From a bacterium (lineage in GTDB: Bacteria; Patescibacteriota; Minisyncoccia; Phycocordibacterales; UBA2100), in assembly GCA_030647655.1 (NCBI GenBank), contig JAUSJH010000009.1, positions 82,196 through 146,195 on the forward strand: a stretch of 64,000 bases of DNA, given 5' to 3'. Position 1 is the stretch's first letter, and each line of letters opens with the position of its first letter. The notes under the pieces were generated by a model. That model did no database searches. It was not told the DNA's origin and was given only the letters and a program-made list of their open reading frames with translations. Both the position numbers and the translations under genes were made by a program. Shown here in pieces: positions 55,760 through 62,907 of the stretch.

Positions 55760-56221
55760 ATGCGACGCCCCACAAAAAATAGAAAACAGCCCCAGCCGGA
55801 CGAAGTGTACGGCTCGTTCAAAGTCGCAAAGCTCATCAATTATGTGATGGAACGCGGAAAGAAGGACACAGCGCGCAAAATCGTCTACAAAGTGATGGAC
55901 GAATTGAAGAAAGAAGGGGACCCACTCGTAATTCTTGAAGAAGCGCTCGAGAAGGCATCTCCATCGGTGGAGGTGCGCTCGCGTCGCGTTGGTGGTGCCA
56001 ACTATCAGGTGCCGCGCGAAGTGAATCCCGCTCGCAAAATGTCTCTAGGCATGCGTTGGATTGTGGAAGCGGCCGAAGGCACCAAGGGCAAGCCGATGCA
56101 TGAATCGCTCCTCGCCGAAATCAAAGCCGCGCACAAAGGCGAAGGCGCCGCGGTGACCAAAAAAGAAACGACGCATCGCATGGCCGAGGCCAACAAAGCT
56201 TTTGCCCACTTCGCGTGGTAG
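55760..56221 (+). CDS. rpsG: 30S ribosomal protein S7
   Basis: EVRSRRVGGANYQVP, HRMAEANKAFAHFAW. Confidence 0.98.
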   Translation: MRRPTKNRKQPQPDEVYGSFKVAKLINYVMERGKKDTARKIVYKVMDELKKEGDPLVILEEALEKASPSVEVRSRRVGGANYQVPREVNPARKMSLGMRWIVEAAEGTKGKPMHESLLAEIKAAHKGEGAAVTKKETTHRMAEANKAFAHFAW

Positions 56222-56230
56222 AATGAACGT

Positions 56231-56644
56231 ATGAGATTCGCACTGGCAGTGCTCTTGCTAACCATCGCATCTTCTTTATTTTCGTGGGTATTTGGATTCG
56301 GCGGTTCAGCGATTATAATGTTCTTACTCCCAACATTCGCGCCCACGACAAGCGCGTACCTTGCCGGCGTGCTCCTTATAGATATAGCGAGTACGGTACT
56401 TAGCTGTTGGCTTGCCGTTTTTTCGGTAACAAAAATGGGGCAACTAAAGTCTATCGATTATCCCAAAAGACTTGCCGGCGCTGTGACCTTGGTGTTTGTC
56501 GCGGTTGATTTCCTCTTTATTCTCCCGGTGGTCATAGCTGGTGGAAAGCCGTCGACGTTTACCCTCGCTTCGGTCGGGTTGTCGCTCGTTGTCACGTATT
56601 TCACCCTTCGTTTCTTTCTTGTCCGTCTCAAATCCCAAGGTTAA
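56231..56644 (+). CDS. Hypothetical membrane protein
   Basis: Four hydrophobic segments; inserted directly after rpsG. Confidence 0.6.
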   Translation: MRFALAVLLLTIASSLFSWVFGFGGSAIIMFLLPTFAPTTSAYLAGVLLIDIASTVLSCWLAVFSVTKMGQLKSIDYPKRLAGAVTLVFVAVDFLFILPVVIAGGKPSTFTLASVGLSLVVTYFTLRFFLVRLKSQG

Positions 56645-56663
56645 ACCTTCGCCCACTTTAAAC

Positions 56664-56683
56664 CCCTGAGGTTAAACCTCGGG
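56664..56683. repeat. RAYT-associated REP-like palindrome (family C)
   Basis: CCCTGAGGTTAAACCTCGGG overlaps the RAYT stop codon. Related copies at 56638-56649, 57375-57399 and 58021-58051. Confidence 0.8.
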
Positions 56684-57355
56684 AGGTAGGTCTGCGTAGT
56701 ATGCTCGGGCATCTCGCAGCATTGCGCCGAAACTTGGCAGCGCATCGTAGTATTCCTTGATTGAAGCAGTTGTGATACGGCCTAGCCCTGTCTTGTTGGC
56801 ATGGAAGAATTCATCCACGCTCGCATACGGATAGGCGAGGATTTCCCGGCGGAGCATGCGGATGTCGCATTTCCCACGTTTCCATTCCGGCGCAAAAAGC
56901 TCTGCCGGATTCAGGAGAATATATGGCACGACCTGCTTTAAGTACCGGTCGTCGCGAATATGCTTTGCCTTGTATGTTCCGCTAAATAAGGAACCGGTCC
57001 GGTCGTTTCTGCTGTTGAAATACATCGTGTAACCAGTGAACACTTTTTGCATGAATCGCGCAATGCCATTGTCTTGCAACTGCCGGAGCAACAGGTGAAC
57101 GTGCGTCGGCATGAGAGCAAACGCGCCAATATCAACAAGTTGCTCCCCGCGGTCGACATGTTTGTCGGCGAGTATGGACTGCAAATCGACCTTGAATCTT
57201 TCCGAGACCGTCTCCGCCTTCGTCCCATTGCTTAGATACAACAAACTCATGAACCGTTCATAATCGCGACGGTGGCCAAACACCCTCCGCTTATCGACAC
57301 CTCTGTTGTAGCAGTGGTACCACTCATCGGTGACGCACGGTTCTCGTGTTGCCAT
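56672..57355 (-). mobile_element. REP-associated tyrosine transposase (RAYT/Y1 HUH family)
   Basis: WYHCYNRGVDK, HUH motif LMPTHVHLL, YFNSR..RTGSLF, YILLNP; flanked by GAGGTTAAACCTC palindromes. Confidence 0.88.
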
Positions 57356-57374
57356 GCTCTCCAGTATACCACCA

Positions 57375-57399
57375 TCTCCCGAGGTTAAACCTCGGGAGA
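57375..57399. repeat. RAYT-associated REP-like palindrome (family C)
   Basis: TCTCCCGAGGTTAAACCTCGGGAGA, just upstream of the RAYT gene. Confidence 0.85.
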
Positions 57400-57505
57400 T
57401 TAGGGTTACGCTATTCAGTTGGTAAGTAATTGAGAAGCTGGCCGTCTACATAAGCAGGTAGCATACGCTACCGTCGAATTTATCACGCTAGGTTAATCAT
57501 AATAT

Positions 57506-57970
57506 ATGACAATTACAAGAACGTACACTATTGGTGCAGTTGCACTCGCCATTATCCTGCTTTTCTCCGGCGTCGCTATCGCGCAAACAGGCGCAGAAAA
57601 TGAACTTCTTGCCGCAAAGGCAAGCGCGAGCGATGCGGGCGTCCCTGTAGAATGGGATGGAGACAATCCCGTAAAGAGCGCGAACGATACGGGTCTCCCT
57701 GTAGAGATGCAGTGGGATGGATGGGATGTAACAAAGAAGGAAGCACTGCAGGCTGAACTTAAGGCAAGCGCGAACGATACGACACAAAACAGCGACCCTG
57801 CAGAATGGAATGGACCCAGCAAGGAAGGATCGGGTTCAGAGCCAAATCCGAACGATGCAGAGTTTGATTGGAGCAAGAAGGGGGCATCCGATTCAGAGGT
57901 AAGCGCAAACAGCACGACACCAAATGGCGGCACCGTAGAATGGAATGGACCCGATAAGGAAGCACAGTAA
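57506..57970 (+). CDS. Secreted acidic repeat protein
   Basis: Signal peptide; repeated SAND/SASD/SANS...(P)(V/A)EW(D/N)G units. Confidence 0.7.
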   Translation: MTITRTYTIGAVALAIILLFSGVAIAQTGAENELLAAKASASDAGVPVEWDGDNPVKSANDTGLPVEMQWDGWDVTKKEALQAELKASANDTTQNSDPAEWNGPSKEGSGSEPNPNDAEFDWSKKGASDSEVSANSTTPNGGTVEWNGPDKEAQ

Positions 57971-58154
57971 TCTGGGCATCCTAGGCGGATTGAAGAATCC
58001 ACTCGATTATTAAGGCATAGTAACGTCCGAAGGTGAAACCTTCGGACGTTACCACTTCGCGTGGCAAGTTTGCATTTCCGCGGATTTCCGCTACATTACT
58101 GGGACCTGCCTGCCGGCAGGCAGGCGCCTTTGGGCGATTATTTTTTGAAATTCT

Positions 58155-60296
58155 ATGGCACGAGATTATCCTCTAGAGAAAGTGAGAAATTTTGGCATAA
58201 TCGCGCACATCGATGCGGGTAAAACGACCACGTCGGAGCGCATCCTCTACTACACCGGTGAGAGTCACAAAATAGGCGAGGTACACGAGGGTGACACGGT
58301 GACCGACTGGATGGAGCAGGAGCGCGAGCGCGGCATCACCATCACCGCCGCCGCCATCACGTGTTTCTGGAATCCCAGCTACATGGGCGCGGACCTTTCA
58401 CAGAAAGTCCGCTTCAACATTATTGATACCCCCGGACACATCGACTTCACGTCCGAGGTGAAGCGAAGCATGCGCGTACTCGACGGCGCGGTCGTTGTCT
58501 TCGATGGTGTCGCGGGCGTGGAGCCGCAGAGCGAGACCAACTGGCGCTACGCGGAGGAAGCCAACGTGCCACGCGTCTGCTACATCAACAAGCTCGATCG
58601 TACCGGCGCATCATTTGAAAAATCATTTGCGAGTATTTTGGATAGGCTCTCCACAAAAGCGGTGCGCGTGCAAATCCCGATCGGTCTTGAAGATAAATTT
58701 GAAGGTGTCGTCGATCTTCTCACGATGAAGGCCTATCACTTCGAGGGGGAGAAAGGTGAAAAAGTGGTCGCGGGCGAGATCCCCGAAAATGTGAAAGCGG
58801 AAGCGGAAAAATACCGCAAAGAACTCATCGAGAAAATCGTCGAACATGACGATGCTCTAATGCATGAGTATCTTGAAGGAAGAGAGATACCGGTCGAGAT
58901 GTTGAAAAAGACGCTACGCAAAGCGGTGATTGCAAACGGTATTTTCCCCGTCCTAACAGGTTCGTCGCTCAAGAACAAGGGCGTACAGCTTGTACTCGAC
59001 GCGGTCGTCGATTACCTCCCATCGCCACTGGATATGCCTCCGGCAAAAGGCACGAACACTGACACGGGTGCCGAGGAGACCAGGCCCGCGAGCGACGAGG
59101 CGCCGTTCGCCGCTCTCATTTTTAAACTGCAGGTAGACCCGTTCGTCGGCGCTCTCTCGTTCTTCCGCGTCTATTCCGGTTCGATTGCCGCGGGCGATGA
59201 CATTTACGATTCCGCGAACAACAAAAAAGAGCGGCTCGGACGCATCGTGCGCTTGCAAGCTGACAAGCGCGAGGACGTGAAGATAGTCTACGCGGGCGAG
59301 ATTGCCGCCGCTGTCGGCTTGAAAGAAGTGAAGATTGGGCATACGCTCTGTGACCCCGCGCACCCAATCGCGCTAGAGTCCATTGTCTTCCCAGAGCCGG
59401 TGGTTTCGATGCGCATCGAGCCCAACACCAAAGCCGACCAGGAAAGAATGGGCATCGCGCTCTCGCGCCTTTCGGATGAGGACCCAACATTTCGTATCAA
59501 ATCAGATCCGGAAACGATGGAAACCATCGTTTCCGGCATGGGTGAGCTTCACCTCGAGATCATCGTCGAGCGCATGAAGCGCGAATTTGGCGTGCAAGCT
59601 TCGACGGGGAAGCCGCAGGTCGCCTATCGCGAGACCATTCAAGGCACGTCGGACGTGGAGTACAAACACATCAAGCAGACGGGCGGCCGCGGCCAGTATG
59701 GGCACGTGAAAATCCGCATCAAACCGCTCGAGCCATTGATTGAAGGAAAGAAAATCAAGAACAACGTCGAGCGCGAGGACCACTTTGAATTCATCAACAG
59801 CGTCAGGGGAGGCGTCATTCCACAGGAGTTCATCCAGCCGGTCAAAAAGGGCATCAAGGAGGCGATGGATCGCGGAGTACTCGCAGGATTTCCCGTGGTG
59901 GATATTTCCGTCGAGCTCTACGACGGCTCGGCCCACGATGTGGACTCATCCGAAATCGCCTTCAAGCTCGCGGCTATCAATGCAATGCAGGAAGCGATGC
60001 AAAAAGCGAAACCGGTACTGCTCGAACCTATTATGAAATTGGAGGTCGTGACGCCCGAGAAATTCATGGGCGATGTCACCGGCTCCATCAACTCAAAACG
60101 CGGAGCAATAGAGGCGATGGGCGAGCGTGGACAAGCACGCGTCATAACCGCCAAAGTCCCGCTCTCCGAGCTTTTCGGATTCACGACGCAATTGCGCTCT
60201 CTCACCGAAGGCCGAGCCGTGCCCAACCTCGAATTCAGCCACTACGCCATCGTCCCGAAATCTGCCGCCGACCTCGTCATTGCTGCGAGGAAGTAG
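58155..60296 (+). CDS. fusA: Elongation factor G
   Basis: AHIDAGKTT, DWMEQERERGITI, DTPGHIDF, NKLD, GMGELHL, QTGGRGQYG, LRSLTEGR. Confidence 0.99.
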   Translation: MARDYPLEKVRNFGIIAHIDAGKTTTSERILYYTGESHKIGEVHEGDTVTDWMEQERERGITITAAAITCFWNPSYMGADLSQKVRFNIIDTPGHIDFTSEVKRSMRVLDGAVVVFDGVAGVEPQSETNWRYAEEANVPRVCYINKLDRTGASFEKSFASILDRLSTKAVRVQIPIGLEDKFEGVVDLLTMKAYHFEGEKGEKVVAGEIPENVKAEAEKYRKELIEKIVEHDDALMHEYLEGREIPVEMLKKTLRKAVIANGIFPVLTGSSLKNKGVQLVLDAVVDYLPSPLDMPPAKGTNTDTGAEETRPASDEAPFAALIFKLQVDPFVGALSFFRVYSGSIAAGDDIYDSANNKKERLGRIVRLQADKREDVKIVYAGEIAAAVGLKEVKIGHTLCDPAHPIALESIVFPEPVVSMRIEPNTKADQERMGIALSRLSDEDPTFRIKSDPETMETIVSGMGELHLEIIVERMKREFGVQASTGKPQVAYRETIQGTSDVEYKHIKQTGGRGQYGHVKIRIKPLEPLIEGKKIKNNVEREDHFEFINSVRGGVIPQEFIQPVKKGIKEAMDRGVLAGFPVVDISVELYDGSAHDVDSSEIAFKLAAINAMQEAMQKAKPVLLEPIMKLEVVTPEKFMGDVTGSINSKRGAIEAMGERGQARVITAKVPLSELFGFTTQLRSLTEGRAVPNLEFSHYAIVPKSAADLVIAARK

Positions 60297-60310
60297 GGTA
60301 TACTTTCGGC

Positions 60311-61312
60311 ATGCCTCCCGAAGAACGTGCGCCACAAGTTCCGCAGTTGCAGACCTCTCCGAATTCACACAGTACGGCTATCGCGCTCGTGATTGCTCTT
60401 GCGTCCATAAGTATTGGCGGGGTCGCGTATGCATATCGTGCGCCTTTACTGGAAATACTGCATCGGACACAAAGTCCAGCAGGTACCGTTGCGACAGAAA
60501 GTCCCGTGGATACTATTCCTCCAGCCCAAAGCCTTACAAATACTCCCACGGCAACTTCTACACATGCGCCCATAGATACAATCGCAAAAGTAAATCCCAT
60601 GCCGGAGACTGCAGGCACTGTGATGCCTTTATTTGAATACCGCCACACGGCGCGGCTACAAAAAGCTACAACTCGCGTCCCTAACACTATCCGCGTGCAG
60701 CTATATGGCCCGGCTAAACTTAGCGGATATGATTCGGATGGCAATTTTGTCACGAGAGATTCGATACTCGATCTTTGCAAAGGCATCTGTTCGGGCAAGG
60801 AAAAGCTGTCGTTTGAACTTCTTCAACAAGGAGTCGCCGATGAGCCACTGGCGAACATTGCACTTGAGAACGTACAAAAGGAGTACGATGCGTACGTCCA
60901 AAATGGAAAAGTCGGGATGTTTTACTCATCAGTTATAAGCGTATCGCTTCCCGCGAAGCCGCCTCAATCGGAAAGCTACCCGTACCCGATTTGGAGTTCG
61001 TCCTTCATTCCGTACGTTTTTTCTGACTTAAATGATAATGGTGTCTGGGATTCAGAGAAAAGTGTGGGTGGTGCTACCGACTATTTAATGTTTGTGCGAG
61101 AAAATGAAAAAAGGCCAGAGTTCGTGTTGGGATGGAATTTTGCATATGCTTCGGGCGATCAAGAAAAAGCCGCCGTGGTCAAGTTCAAAGATGATCCACG
61201 TGGACTGCAAGAATATCGGAAATCATATGATTCCGTCATATTCCAGATTCCGGTTCTTTCGACTAAAGAGTTGCTATTTTCGACAGATCTCTCCAATGTC
61301 CCGCTCCAGTAG
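60311..61312 (+). CDS. Hypothetical membrane-anchored protein
   Basis: N-terminal TM, Thr/Pro linker and a DLNDNG Ca-binding-like motif; ATG 6 nt after TATACT. Confidence 0.7.
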   Translation: MPPEERAPQVPQLQTSPNSHSTAIALVIALASISIGGVAYAYRAPLLEILHRTQSPAGTVATESPVDTIPPAQSLTNTPTATSTHAPIDTIAKVNPMPETAGTVMPLFEYRHTARLQKATTRVPNTIRVQLYGPAKLSGYDSDGNFVTRDSILDLCKGICSGKEKLSFELLQQGVADEPLANIALENVQKEYDAYVQNGKVGMFYSSVISVSLPAKPPQSESYPYPIWSSSFIPYVFSDLNDNGVWDSEKSVGGATDYLMFVRENEKRPEFVLGWNFAYASGDQEKAAVVKFKDDPRGLQEYRKSYDSVIFQIPVLSTKELLFSTDLSNVPLQ

Positions 61313-61340
61313 TCTCGGGCACACCACCCTGTAACTAGCT

Positions 61341-61430
61341 GACGGCCGCGCCGTGCCCAACCTCGAATTTTCCCACTACGCAATTGTTCCGAAATCTTCT
61401 GCCGACCTTGTCATCGCGGCGAGGAAGTAG
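61341..61430 (+). pseudogene. Stranded fusA 3'-end copy A
   Basis: Encodes DGRAVPNLEFSHYAIVPKSSADLVIAARK*; 77/90 nt identical to fusA 60207-60296 by manual alignment. Confidence 0.92.
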
Positions 61431-61466
61431 CTTGACATATATCTAAGCTATATATAAACTATACCA

Positions 61467-61733
61467 ATGACCACGCAAGTTGTATTCAATATAGATCCGA
61501 AGATAAAAGCGCGCGCGATGAAGCGTGCCAAGAGCGAGGGTATACCGTTTGCATCCGTTCTTAAATTCGCTACGAAGGCTTTCGCCGACGGCGCACTTTC
61601 ACTTGAGATGGTTGAAGAGATCAGACCCGAAAAATTGCAACTGATGGAGCGGGCGTCACGAGCCCTCGATCAGGGTAAGGGAAAGAGGTTTAATTCGGTG
61701 GCGGAACTTCGTAAACATATACGGAGCCTGTAA
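61467..61733 (+). CDS. RelB-like (RHH) antitoxin
   Basis: TTQVVFNIDPKIK...GIPFASVL...GKGKRFNSV; promoter TTGACA (61432)-N17-TAAACT. Confidence 0.75.
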   Translation: MTTQVVFNIDPKIKARAMKRAKSEGIPFASVLKFATKAFADGALSLEMVEEIRPEKLQLMERASRALDQGKGKRFNSVAELRKHIRSL

Positions 61734-61735
61734 CT

Positions 61736-62017
61736 ATGACGGATTGTCCGCGCTATACCATCGCGTATGATTCCGCATTTGATCGCATTCTCAAAAAACT
61801 GAAGCGCCGCGACCCGGCGCTTCTCACGGCACTTGATCTCGGGATTGAGAAAATATTGAAAGAGCCGATGCTTGGGAAACCGTTGAAAAATGTGTTGCGG
61901 AATTCTCGGAGACTCCATATCGAAGGGTCGTTTGTCCTTCTCTATGAAATATACGAATGCCAAGTTCGTTTGCTCGATTTTGACCATCACGACCGGATAT
62001 ACAGGAAATACTCTTAA
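61736..62017 (+). CDS. RelE/ParE family toxin
   Basis: FDRILKKL...PMLGKPLKNVLRNSRRLHIEGSFVLLYEI...DFDHHDRIY. Confidence 0.85.
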   Translation: MTDCPRYTIAYDSAFDRILKKLKRRDPALLTALDLGIEKILKEPMLGKPLKNVLRNSRRLHIEGSFVLLYEIYECQVRLLDFDHHDRIYRKYS

Positions 62018-62024
62018 CATCTTC

Positions 62025-62208
62025 GAACCCTTCGGCTTCACCACACAGCTCCGCTCTCTCACCGAAGGCTCCCGATTTTCATATCGTTACTGCGATATAG
62101 AAAAGCGCAGTCCCCTTTGGGGGCCGCGCGGTACCCAATCTCGAGTTCTCTCACTACGCAATTGTTCCGAAATCTGCCGCCGACCTCGTCATCGCGGCGA
62201 GGAAGTAA
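62025..62208 (+). pseudogene. Stranded fusA 3'-end copy B with a 55-bp hairpin insertion
   Basis: FGFTTQLRSLTEG [insert 62070-62124] RAVPNLEFSHYAIVPKSAADLVIAARK*, protein-identical to the EF-G C-terminus. Confidence 0.92.
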
Positions 62209-62298
62209 AATACCGCGGCTGAACCTCGACAATCAGGGGGCTTTGCGATATCAGGCCTCTGTAATAGTATGAGGTCTTAGCCGTCTAAAAGGCACACT

Positions 62299-62814
62299 AT
62301 GCAAAAACCATACACATGGGTAATCGGACTTCTCATTGTCGCGTTTGTAGGATATGGCGTCTATGCGCTCAGCTCTAAAAACACCACTCCTCCCGGAGGA
62401 CAGGCATGTACGCAGGAAGCAAAGCAGTGCCCCGACGGCTCGTATGTCAGTCGCGTCGCACCCTCGTGCGAATTCGCGGCGTGCCCATCGACAGTGGGCT
62501 ACGGCACCATACAAGGGAGGGTAACGCTCGGGCCCACCTGCCCCGTGGAAACTGTGCCGCCAGACCCATCATGCGCCACCCAACCCTACCCCTACCAGAC
62601 TACTGTAACGGCTACGGGCGGCGGGCGTAGTGTGACGGTACCGACCGACGCCGCGGGCTCTTTCCGCGTCTCGCTTACTCCCGGCACTTACACTGTCTCT
62701 GCGGCCGGAGGCAACAACACGTTTCCTTCGTGTGCAAAAGCGGAACAAAGTGTTGAGCTCAAAGCAGGACAGACCACGACCGTGGATATCTCCTGCGATA
62801 CCGGCATCCGATAA
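62299..62814 (+). CDS. Cys-rich membrane-anchored protein with carboxypeptidase-regulatory-like domain
   Basis: TM; CTQEAKQCPDGSYVSRVAPSCEFAACP; GPTCPVE; TDAAGSFRVSLTPGTY; CDTGIR. Confidence 0.75.
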   Translation: MQKPYTWVIGLLIVAFVGYGVYALSSKNTTPPGGQACTQEAKQCPDGSYVSRVAPSCEFAACPSTVGYGTIQGRVTLGPTCPVETVPPDPSCATQPYPYQTTVTATGGGRSVTVPTDAAGSFRVSLTPGTYTVSAAGGNNTFPSCAKAEQSVELKAGQTTTVDISCDTGIR

Positions 62815-62907
62815 TAAATAACCAGGGCGGGCTGTTCCAGAGAGGCCCTAGACACAACTGCGTGGCGTGCCACCATGGAGAGATTATGAATAGGTCCCTC
62901 ATTCTCC

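Noticed and set aside
60168-62208. Diversity-generating retroelement TR/VR pair
   Set aside because: The differences are at synonymous positions of all base types, not adenine-specific, and no reverse transcriptase is in the window.
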